This document shows, one piece after another, positions 11,278 to 20,111 of a DNA stretch of 64,000 nt. The stretch covers positions 34,523-98,522 of the forward strand of contig CALKOU010000007.1 in assembly GCA_938092005.1 (NCBI GenBank). The letters run 5' to 3'. The notes under the pieces are model-generated. The model did not search any database. It was not told the DNA's origin and saw only the letters and a program-made list of their open reading frames with translations. The translations under genes and the position numbers were made by a program. This stretch comes from an uncultured Flavobacteriaceae bacterium. Lineage in GTDB: Bacteria; Bacteroidota; Bacteroidia; Flavobacteriales; Flavobacteriaceae. Within the stretch, counting starts at the first letter, position 1; the number at the start of each line of letters is the position of its first letter.

Positions 11278-11493
11278 GCCAGCAGCTTTTATAAAGTGTG
11301 CCAACCCACCCTTTTCGTTAACGTTTCATTAACAGAAAAAGTGCTAAGTAAGAATAGTAAATAAATTTTTGTGTTAAACACACAAAAAAGCTGCTATTTG
11401 GTGTATTTAACACTTTTATTATGTGATTTTGGCTTTGAGTTTTACCAGCAACCTACCAACTTGGCACTATAAAACCGAAAAAACCGAAATCAT

Positions 11494-14400
11494 ATGAACT
11501 TTAAACTATATGTAGGAGTGCTAGTACTAGCACTTATGAGTACGGTAGCATGGGCACAAACCGTGTCTGGAACCGTAACCGACGAAAACAACCAACCGCT
11601 CCCTGGAGCAACCGTTGTGGTACAAGGTACAAACACAGGTACCACTTCTGATTTTGATGGAAACTATCAAATTAGTGCCACACAAGGCCAAACCCTAGTG
11701 TTTAGCTATGTGGGCTACGCCACCCAAAACGTAGTGGTAAGTGCCGCTACTCATAATGTGAGTATGCAAACGGATAACGCACTAGATGAGGTGGTTCTAA
11801 CTGGAGTAGCTACTGGAACTTCTACTAGAAAACTCGGATTTACTGTATCAAAAATTTCAGAGGAAGGACTTCAAGACGTGCCTGCATCAGATCCTGGAAA
11901 TGCTTTGCGTGCAAAAGTAGCTGGAATCAGAGTAGTACAGGCTTCGGGAAATCCATCTTCAGCTCCTGAAATTAGACTTAGAGGATCAACATCAATTTCC
12001 GGAAATCAATCGCCCTTATATATAGTCGATGGTGTTATCCTTGAAAATACTATTAGAGATATAAATGTTGAAGACATTAGATCTGTGGAAGTAGTCAAGG
12101 GAGCAGCAGGCTCATCCTTATATGGCTCACTAGCAGGAAATGGTGTAATTCAATATTTCACATATCGAGGTAAAGGGGTCAGTGATTTTAAAGTAACATT
12201 GAGAAGTGAAGCTGGATGGTCAGAATTACCAAGTAAATACCCTATTTCAAAAAGACACAACTATGAGTTAAACTCTGACGGAACATTTGCTTTCAACAGT
12301 GCAAACCAACTTCAAAGTGATGATGATGGATTAAAGGACAACTTATATCCAACAAGCCACGACAATCTTTCAGAAATATTAACATCCCAACCAACATTGA
12401 CGAACTATGTTTCAATTAGCAAAGGCACAGAAAATTTTAACTTTCATGCATCTGCACAAAACACAGAAGTTGGCGGACTTATCTCGTCCCTGCCTCCATA
12501 CGTAAGAAAAAACTTTAGGCTAAACGCTGACTACAGAGAAGATAAATTTGATTTTAGTTCAAGTATTAGCTATGCAAAATCAAAAGGTATTTCTATTCAG
12601 GAACAAGGGCAAGGAGCAAACATTTTCTATAGTGTTCTAATTGCAGAGCCATTTGTGAATTTATCGGAAAAAGATGGAAATGGTAATTATGTTTCGGAAC
12701 CAACAGGATTTAACTGGGGTGGTGGTTCAAACATCCAAAACCCACTATATGTAGGACGTGTTGCTAAGTTTGACTTAACAGGTGAAAGGCTATTGGGTAG
12801 ATTTGCTTTTAATTATCATCTAAATAAAAATTTAACTTTTAGTGCAGCACAATCAATTGATCGAAGGGATACTAGATTTTATAATTATTATCCCAAAGGA
12901 TTTGAAACTCCAACACCAGGAACATTAAATGAAGGGTTTATTTTAAAAACTAATGGAGTAAATGAACTCGTATTATCTGAAGCCTCTTTAAACTATAAAA
13001 AAGATTTTGGAGATTTTCTTTTTGGTGCTACTCTAAAATATCAATTTGAAAACAGAAAAAGAAATAATGAAAGTGCTAGCGGTAGAGAGTTTTTTGCTTT
13101 AGGTGTTGAGTCTCTTCAAAACACCCAACAAGATACAAGAACTATCACAAGTATTTCTCAAAAAGAAGTAGCTGAAAATATCTTCTTAAATCTTGATTTA
13201 GATTATCAAGATAAGATCATATTAAATGCGCTTGGAAGAAGAGACAAATCATCTTTATTTGGATCTGAAAATAGGGAAAAATACTACGGAAGAGTTTCGC
13301 TAGCGTATATACTAACAGAAGATTTAGAAATAGATAATGTTGATTTTTTAAAACTGCGTCTCTCATATGGAACTTCAGGAAATAGACCTCCTGTCTGGAA
13401 TGCACAATATGAAACCTATCAAGTAACATCAGCGTCTATATCTCCTGGAATTCTCGGAAACAACGAACTTAAGCCGTCAACAGTTAGCGAATATGAGTTT
13501 GGTGCTGATTTTGAATTTTTTAATAATTCGTCAAAGCTAGAAATCACCTACAGTTTACAAAATGTTGAAGATGATCATCTATTGGTTCCGCTTAGTGCAC
13601 CTGCAGGTTTTTCATCTCAATGGAAAAACATTGGTAATTTAAAGGCTACATCTTTTGAAGTTGGACTTTCTTCTGACATTATTAATAAGGACGAATTCAG
13701 GTGGAATGCAAATTTACTATGGGACAAAGTTACTCAAGAAATAACTGATTTAGGTGAAGTGCCGCCTTTTACACGGCAAATTAATAATACTGCAGTAAAT
13801 ATTTTTAGAGTTGAAGAGAACAAGCCTTACGGTACATTATATGGAAATGTTCTTGCAAAAAATTTAAGTGATCTTACTGTCAATGATGACGGTGTCGTAT
13901 TGAATGGTGGAGGATCTAATAACTTGAGTGCTTATTCTATAAATAATAATGGCCATGTTGTACTTACAAGTGCTATTGGAACTGAAAATGAACAAGCTCT
14001 AGTAATCTTAGACCCCAACACAAACACACCACTTGTCAAGGATATTGGTAACACAAATCCAGACTTTAATGTTGGCTTTTCTAACCGTTTTTACTTCAAA
14101 AACTTTTCGCTTTACACACTTGTGGATTGGCAACAAGGAGGTGATATCTATAACTTTTCAAAACAGTTAATTTATTTTAATGAGCGGCATGCTGACCAAG
14201 ATAATTTTGCAAAGCAGGAAAAGCACATTAATTATTCCAACGGAGCATCAACTATATATAATCAATCTAACCCTATAGATTATTTTGTTGAGGATGGAAC
14301 TTATGTTAAGGTTAGAGAAATTTCGTTGTCCTACACGTTAAGAGATCATGCATTGAAAAAAACATTTGGCAAACATATTGATCGAGTTAGGATTAGTGCA

Positions 14401-14547
14401 TCGGGAAGAAATCTTTTCACATTTACAAATTATACAGGTTGGGATCCTGAAGTAGCGATAGGAACAAATCCAACAAATTTTAGGTTGGATGAATTTTCTT
14501 ACCCGAACTTTAGATCATACACCGTTTCAATAAACATAGATTTTTAA
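11494..14547 (+). CDS. SusC/RagA-family TonB-linked outer membrane protein (locus 1)
   Basis: The 1017-aa ORF has a signal peptide, a carboxypeptidase-regulatory-like N-domain (VSGTVTDENNQPLPGATVVVQGT…DFDGNYQI), a plug (PLYIVDGV…VEVVKGAAGSSLYGS) and a C-terminal …YTVSINIDF. A SusD gene follows. Confidence 0.9.
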   Translation: MNFKLYVGVLVLALMSTVAWAQTVSGTVTDENNQPLPGATVVVQGTNTGTTSDFDGNYQISATQGQTLVFSYVGYATQNVVVSAATHNVSMQTDNALDEVVLTGVATGTSTRKLGFTVSKISEEGLQDVPASDPGNALRAKVAGIRVVQASGNPSSAPEIRLRGSTSISGNQSPLYIVDGVILENTIRDINVEDIRSVEVVKGAAGSSLYGSLAGNGVIQYFTYRGKGVSDFKVTLRSEAGWSELPSKYPISKRHNYELNSDGTFAFNSANQLQSDDDGLKDNLYPTSHDNLSEILTSQPTLTNYVSISKGTENFNFHASAQNTEVGGLISSLPPYVRKNFRLNADYREDKFDFSSSISYAKSKGISIQEQGQGANIFYSVLIAEPFVNLSEKDGNGNYVSEPTGFNWGGGSNIQNPLYVGRVAKFDLTGERLLGRFAFNYHLNKNLTFSAAQSIDRRDTRFYNYYPKGFETPTPGTLNEGFILKTNGVNELVLSEASLNYKKDFGDFLFGATLKYQFENRKRNNESASGREFFALGVESLQNTQQDTRTITSISQKEVAENIFLNLDLDYQDKIILNALGRRDKSSLFGSENREKYYGRVSLAYILTEDLEIDNVDFLKLRLSYGTSGNRPPVWNAQYETYQVTSASISPGILGNNELKPSTVSEYEFGADFEFFNNSSKLEITYSLQNVEDDHLLVPLSAPAGFSSQWKNIGNLKATSFEVGLSSDIINKDEFRWNANLLWDKVTQEITDLGEVPPFTRQINNTAVNIFRVEENKPYGTLYGNVLAKNLSDLTVNDDGVVLNGGGSNNLSAYSINNNGHVVLTSAIGTENEQALVILDPNTNTPLVKDIGNTNPDFNVGFSNRFYFKNFSLYTLVDWQQGGDIYNFSKQLIYFNERHADQDNFAKQEKHINYSNGASTIYNQSNPIDYFVEDGTYVKVREISLSYTLRDHALKKTFGKHIDRVRISASGRNLFTFTNYTGWDPEVAIGTNPTNFRLDEFSYPNFRSYTVSINIDF

Positions 14548-14558
14548 AATAGGATATC

Positions 14559-16064
14559 ATGAAAAAAACAAATTATTTTATTAAGTATCTGCTTTCAACT
14601 TTAATCATAGCATCGTTATTCCTTAGCTGCAATGATGATATTTTTGATATTGAAAACACTAATGAACCAGATGCAGCAAGAGCATTGGCACAAGCTGAGG
14701 ACGTTGAAAACTTAATTACTGGAGCATTTAGAAGCTTTTTTGGAGATGCTGTTGGTTTTGAAGCTATTTTCCCAAATTTAATAGCTGACCAAACATCAAC
14801 CACAAATGCTTCTAGTGGTTTTTGGGATTATTCCAAAGAGAATAATAAAATTGCAATTAACAACCACCCAACAAACCAAAATCCGTTTGCCTATACAGGT
14901 CCTTTTTCAGATCATAATGCTAATATCCAAACGGTAAATTCAATTTTGAAATCAATAGCCGATGGAAAGAAGTATGAAATATCAAATACTGACATGACCA
15001 ATAAGTTTAAGGCGATTTGTTTAGCAACTAGAGGGCTTTCAATGGGAATATTAGGTTTACTCTACGACAAAGGATACGTGGTGACAGAAGATAGTGATTT
15101 AACTACATTAGAGTTGAAACCATATGGCGACCTTGTTGATCAAGCGATCTTAGATATAGATGAAGCAATTAAAGTTATTAATTCATTGGATAGTGCTACC
15201 ATGTTTACTTTACATGCAAATGTGGATTTAAGCTCAGAATTATTAGTAAAGGTGTTAAATTCTTTTGCTGCAAAATTTATATTAAGTGAAGCTAGGTCTT
15301 CTCAAGAAGCATCATCAATTGACTATTCAAAAATTATAGCTTACGCAACTAAAGGTATAACCACTGATTTTAAGCCTGTAGCATTGGAAAATGTTTTCTA
15401 CAGTTTTTTACAAGATTGGTCTACATATACGCTAGCTGATGGAGCTGCATATTTGCCTACAGATATTAAAATCCCTCATTTAATGGACAAAACTGGTGAT
15501 TATCCTGATCGTTATCCAACAGACTCAAAAACAATTCTTGGTGAAGTTGAAACAGACGATGAGAGAATCTCATATTTTGGGTATACTAAAGCCTTTGGTT
15601 TCTTAAGAGAATCAAGAGGAAGATGGTTATTTACCAATTACAAGAACAATAGATTCTATTCAGACAATGATCGTAATGAAACAGGTATACCCGTTGATAT
15701 TTTTCATAAATCTGAGTTAGATTATATTCTTGCAGAGGCTTACCTTATGACAAATCAGTTAGACAAAGCAAAAGAACTTTTGGATAATAGCCCAAGAGTT
15801 ACCATTGGAAAATTACCGTTGGTTAATGCAGAGGCTAGTGAAATTAGAGATGCGTTATTCTACGAATATTCTATTGAGTTAGATTTAGCATCAACGATTG
15901 GAACTCACTGGTTTTTTATGAGAAGGCATGACTTGTTGCAAAAAGGCACACCGCTTCACTACCCTGTGCCAGCTACAGAATTAGAATTAATTAGTGTAGA
16001 TTTTTACACTTTTGGTGGAGATTCATCAGAAGGAACAGCTACGGGGGATAAATCATGGAGGTAG
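14559..16064 (+). CDS. SusD/RagB-family outer membrane lipoprotein (locus 1)
   Basis: The 501-aa ORF has a lipoprotein signal (…SLFLSC), lies immediately downstream of SusC, and has TPR-like helical content (…LAEAYLMTNQLDKAKELL…). Confidence 0.85.
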   Translation: MKKTNYFIKYLLSTLIIASLFLSCNDDIFDIENTNEPDAARALAQAEDVENLITGAFRSFFGDAVGFEAIFPNLIADQTSTTNASSGFWDYSKENNKIAINNHPTNQNPFAYTGPFSDHNANIQTVNSILKSIADGKKYEISNTDMTNKFKAICLATRGLSMGILGLLYDKGYVVTEDSDLTTLELKPYGDLVDQAILDIDEAIKVINSLDSATMFTLHANVDLSSELLVKVLNSFAAKFILSEARSSQEASSIDYSKIIAYATKGITTDFKPVALENVFYSFLQDWSTYTLADGAAYLPTDIKIPHLMDKTGDYPDRYPTDSKTILGEVETDDERISYFGYTKAFGFLRESRGRWLFTNYKNNRFYSDNDRNETGIPVDIFHKSELDYILAEAYLMTNQLDKAKELLDNSPRVTIGKLPLVNAEASEIRDALFYEYSIELDLASTIGTHWFFMRRHDLLQKGTPLHYPVPATELELISVDFYTFGGDSSEGTATGDKSWR

Positions 16065-16075
16065 TGTAATTACAA

Positions 16076-16537
16076 TTGAGAGTTGTATTCAATTATATAA
16101 AAAAAGATAGGGTGTCAGCAATCGTCATCCTATCTTTTGTTTTGTTAGCTGCATGTTTTAATAATTATGATAACCATACGTATTCCATTCAATTCAAGAA
16201 TAAAATAAAGGATGGAACAGAATATAAAATAGATTCAATATTAATAAAACATTCTGCAAAGCCTTACACAAATGAAAACATACTTTCAGCTTCAAAAATC
16301 ATATACTATGAAGATAATAAAAGAAAATTCACTAATGATGTTCCAAATAACTATATCGCTAAAGAACTTTATTTTAACCTAAGTAATAATAAAAAATATA
16401 TAGTTTGGCACAAGGGAGGAGAGCTAACGTTGTTAGGGAAATTTTATATTAAAAGAAAAGATGGAAGAGTAATAAAATTTGATTCAATAAAACATGAAAT
16501 GCCAATAAATTATTGGTGTATTGATGACAAGTCCTAA
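16076..16537 (+). CDS. Hypothetical small lipoprotein (no family recognised)
   Basis: The 153-aa ORF has a lipobox LLAAC and is very AT-rich. It has only non-ATG starts (TTG 16076 or GTG 16112). It lies 11 nt after the SusD stop. Confidence 0.5.
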   Translation: MRVVFNYIKKDRVSAIVILSFVLLAACFNNYDNHTYSIQFKNKIKDGTEYKIDSILIKHSAKPYTNENILSASKIIYYEDNKRKFTNDVPNNYIAKELYFNLSNNKKYIVWHKGGELTLLGKFYIKRKDGRVIKFDSIKHEMPINYWCIDDKS

Positions 16538-16713
16538 AAGAATCTAAAAAATTAATAAAAATATCAAGTTTTTATTCTGGAAAAGTTGGAGGCACTGAAA
16601 AGAAATCCAATGATAGCTATGATAGTGCTGTAAGTAGTCAAGGTGGTCACTTACTTGATAATGACCTTTGGGCATTCCCAAAGTAGTTCATTTAAATATG
16701 TTTTACATCAACC

Positions 16714-16745
16714 ACCCCCACCCTTTTGGTGGGGGTTTTTTATTT
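16714..16745 (+). terminator. Rho-independent terminator (9-bp stem ACCCCCACC/GGTGGGGGT, loop CTTTT, T-run)
   Basis: The hairpin and the following TTTTTTATTT were read directly from the sequence. It closes SusC/SusD locus 1. Confidence 0.8.
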
Positions 16746-16941
16746 GTAACGCACAATATCATAGAGCTTTCTATCATTAGCAAAACGATCATTTTGTAAT
16801 GGAATTAACAGGTGTTGTTACCAAACTGTGGCGCGTAGCATAACCGATATTTTGTCTAAGTAAAGGATTGTTAATTTTAAACAAGGTTTGGAAATTTAAC
16901 ATTTTATTAACATATTTGAAATCGCTAACAATTAAAAAACA

Positions 16942-19900
16942 ATGAAGAAAAATAAATTTATTCAAATTTTAACACTTGCATTTTTAGCAGTGTTTCAAGT
17001 TGCTTTAGCACAACAATCGGTTTCAGGAACCGTAACAGATCAAGATGGTCTGCCGCTTCCTGGTGCATCTGTTATGGTTAAAGGAACAGCTACAGCTACG
17101 TCAGCTGACTTTGATGGTAATTATTCAATTGCAGCGGCTACCGGAGATATTTTGGTAGTGAGCTACGTTGGATACTCCGCTGTTGAAGCCTCTGTTAATA
17201 GTGCAACCGTTAATGTTTCACTTACAAGTGCCAACGAATTGGAAGAAGTTGTTGTACTAGGTTATGGTACACAACGAAAACTCGCACTTACGGGTTCTGT
17301 TGGTCAACTTGAAGCTGAAGCACTTGATAAAGCAAGAAATCCAAACGTGATTCAATCTGTAGTGGGTAAAGTTGCTGGGGTTCAAGTATTCAACAATACG
17401 GGACAACCAGGTTCTGGACCTACCGTACGTATTAGAGGTATTGGTTCGCTTTATGCATCCAGTGCCCCACTTTACGTAGTAGACGGGGTGCCTTTTAATG
17501 GTTCTATCAACACGATTAACCCACAAGACATTGCATCGATTACATTCCTAAAAGACGCATCTGCCGTATCCATTTATGGAAGTAGAGGTTCTAATGGTGT
17601 TGTGATTATCACCACCAAAACCAGCAAAAAAGGGGAAATCAAAGCATCTATTGATATCAGTACATCTATTGCCACGCGTGCCACTGAGGACTACGATCGT
17701 ATCATGAATGCTGGTAGCTATTATGAAGGATTCTTTATGGTATCCAGAAACACCTTAATGCACGACTTAGGATACAGTGATGCTCTAGCAAGAACTACAG
17801 CGGCAGCTAACCTTATTACGGATGGCGCTGGATTAGGATATTCACTTGGTTACAACGCCTATGGTGTTGCAAATAATGCATTAATCGATCCAGCAACGGG
17901 TAGATTATTAGCAAGCAACGACAACTTGCTTTGGAATGAGCGTTGGGACGACTATATGTTTGATGAAAACCTATCAAAGAAAATATTCTTGAATGTTTCG
18001 GGTGGTGGTGAGAATTCAAAAACGTATTTCTCTTTAGGTCATGAGGTAAATGAATCGTACGCTATAAACTCAAATTTTGAACGTACTACCGCTACATTTA
18101 AGCACAGTTTTAAGTTTAAAGACAAAATCAACTTAGACTCAAGCATTAATTATGCGCACACCGTGCAAAACACGCCTGACCAAGGAGGTTATGCAGGTGC
18201 ATTTAGCTGGACACGTTCTATTGCACCAATTTATCCAATATTTGGTTACGATCTTGACGGTACCCCTATTTTAGATGCTTCTGGAAAACAAGTTTATGAC
18301 TTTGGAGATAAATCTACAGGAACACCAACTGCAAGACCATATGCTGGATTTGCTAACCCATATGCAACATCTATATTAGATGAAAAAGTATTTACAACCA
18401 ACAACATCAATGCAACTGTAAACGCAAGCATTGATTTAACAGATGATATTTCAATTCGTCACATTTCTAACGTACTTAGTAGAACAACTAATGGCGTTAG
18501 TTACGATACTTCTGTAGGAGGTGATGCCTATTCTGTAGGGGGGCGTTCAACACCTTCTGCATCTAGTTCGTTTACTTTTTCAAATCAAACATTTTTAGAG
18601 TATAAAAGCTCTATTGGTGATCACAATATTGATTTCCTTGCAGGATATGAATCTAATGCATGGAAAAACGTAAACCTTTCAGCACAAAAAACGAAGTTCT
18701 TGCTACCGCAAGTAAACGTATTGAATCAAGGTATTACCATGCAGTATATGAATAACAGTGAGTATGACTATACTGTTAGAGGATGGATTGCAAGACTGTA
18801 TTATAATTTTGATGACAAGTACTTTTTCAGTACTAACTTAAGAAAAGATGCTTCTTCTGTGTTTGATCCTTCTGTTAGATGGGGTAACTTCTATGGCGGT
18901 GGTGCTGCATGGCGTATTTCTCAAGAAGACTTTTTTGATGTGAGCTTTATCAATGAATTAAAGATAAAAGCAAGTGTTGGACAAGTTGGTAATGATCGTA
19001 TTCTTTACCCTGACGGAGGAAGAAACTATTTAGCATACCAAGATCAATTTAGTGTTACAAACAACAACGGCGACTTTGGACTTGCATTAGCTTACCAAGG
19101 GAATCCAGCTTTAACATGGGAAACGTCAACCAATACAAACTTTGGTTTTGAAGCCAGCCTGTTTGACTCTAAAGTAACTATTGACTTTGAGTACTTTACA
19201 AGAAAAGTTGAAGACCTGTTGTTTAACACACCACAACCGCCATCTTCAGGATTGCCTAGCTTCCCTGAAAACATTGGAGACATGGAAAATCGTGGATGGG
19301 AACTAACCCTTAACGGTACAGCATACAGCAGTACAGATCTAAATATTGATTTTAACTTTAATATTTCAACCTTTGAAAACGAAATCACAAAACTCCCAAG
19401 AGATTTTATTGATGCAGGATCGTTTCGATATGAAGAAGGTCGTTCAGTGTATGAATACTACATGCGTGAATTTGCTGGTGTAAACCCTGCGAATGGTGCA
19501 GCAACATTCTACAAAGATATTCTTGATGACGATGGCAATCCTACTGGAGAACGTAATGTTACAGAAACGTTTGCTGAGGCAAGTGAATATTATTTAGACA
19601 AATCACCAATTGCTGATTTCTATGGCGGATTTGGTGCTGCTGTACAATACAAAAAAATAAGCTTTGGTATTAACTTTGCTTATTCTATCGGTGGCTATGG
19701 TAGAGACGCCACGTATTTCTCTATGCTACGTTCGGAGCCAGGAGAAAATTTCCACAACGATTTATTTACAAAAACATGGACACCAGAAAACACAAGTGCC
19801 CAATTACCAATCGTTGTTAAAAATGATGACAATACCTATTATGGAACTTCATCACTTTATTTTATAGACAATTCTTATCTAAGTATTCAGGACATCTCTG

Positions 19901-20100
19901 TTTCTTATGACCTAAGTTCAAGCATACCCGAAAACATTTTCATCGAAAATGCTTCGCTTTACGCTTCTGCAGACAACGTCTACTTGTGGTCTAAGCGTCA
20001 AGGATATGACCCGAGAACAGCTGGTCTTACTGCTTATGCAGCTGAGAGCGACTACTCGTTACTTAGAAACATTAGTTTAGGTTTAAAACTATCATTCTAA
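16942..20100 (+). CDS. SusC/RagA-family TonB-linked outer membrane protein (locus 2)
   Basis: The 1052-aa ORF has a signal peptide, VSGTVTDQDGLPLPGASVMVKGT…DFDGNYSI, a plug (PLYVVDGVPF…ITFLKDASAVSIYGSRGSNGVVIITTK) and a C-terminal …SLGLKLSF. Confidence 0.92.
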   Translation: MKKNKFIQILTLAFLAVFQVALAQQSVSGTVTDQDGLPLPGASVMVKGTATATSADFDGNYSIAAATGDILVVSYVGYSAVEASVNSATVNVSLTSANELEEVVVLGYGTQRKLALTGSVGQLEAEALDKARNPNVIQSVVGKVAGVQVFNNTGQPGSGPTVRIRGIGSLYASSAPLYVVDGVPFNGSINTINPQDIASITFLKDASAVSIYGSRGSNGVVIITTKTSKKGEIKASIDISTSIATRATEDYDRIMNAGSYYEGFFMVSRNTLMHDLGYSDALARTTAAANLITDGAGLGYSLGYNAYGVANNALIDPATGRLLASNDNLLWNERWDDYMFDENLSKKIFLNVSGGGENSKTYFSLGHEVNESYAINSNFERTTATFKHSFKFKDKINLDSSINYAHTVQNTPDQGGYAGAFSWTRSIAPIYPIFGYDLDGTPILDASGKQVYDFGDKSTGTPTARPYAGFANPYATSILDEKVFTTNNINATVNASIDLTDDISIRHISNVLSRTTNGVSYDTSVGGDAYSVGGRSTPSASSSFTFSNQTFLEYKSSIGDHNIDFLAGYESNAWKNVNLSAQKTKFLLPQVNVLNQGITMQYMNNSEYDYTVRGWIARLYYNFDDKYFFSTNLRKDASSVFDPSVRWGNFYGGGAAWRISQEDFFDVSFINELKIKASVGQVGNDRILYPDGGRNYLAYQDQFSVTNNNGDFGLALAYQGNPALTWETSTNTNFGFEASLFDSKVTIDFEYFTRKVEDLLFNTPQPPSSGLPSFPENIGDMENRGWELTLNGTAYSSTDLNIDFNFNISTFENEITKLPRDFIDAGSFRYEEGRSVYEYYMREFAGVNPANGAATFYKDILDDDGNPTGERNVTETFAEASEYYLDKSPIADFYGGFGAAVQYKKISFGINFAYSIGGYGRDATYFSMLRSEPGENFHNDLFTKTWTPENTSAQLPIVVKNDDNTYYGTSSLYFIDNSYLSIQDISVSYDLSSSIPENIFIENASLYASADNVYLWSKRQGYDPRTAGLTAYAAESDYSLLRNISLGLKLSF

Positions 20101-20111
20101 CATAAAAAATC

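Noticed and set aside
11243-11280. The tandem GTGCCGAA-like octamers were considered as a possible CRISPR or minisatellite.
   Set aside because: The units are 8 nt with no spacers and form one arm of a hairpin. That is far too short and contiguous for a CRISPR array, and no cas genes are present in the window.
11101-11304. A 67-aa minus-strand ORF spans the region after menE.
   Set aside because: It lies entirely within the palindromic, octamer-repeat GC-rich element. Its reading frame is a by-product of the repeats (the translation is Ala/Pro/Arg-rich and low in complexity), and no plausible promoter or start context was seen.
11494-11900. The apparent GC step inside SusC locus 1 (about 50% GC in the first 400 nt, then about 30%) was considered as evidence for a recombination junction within the gene.
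   Set aside because: The equivalent N-terminal domain of the second SusC (17041-17100) is also about 50% GC. The step is therefore largely explained by the Gly/Ala/Thr/Pro/Val-rich composition of that domain, not necessarily by mosaicism.
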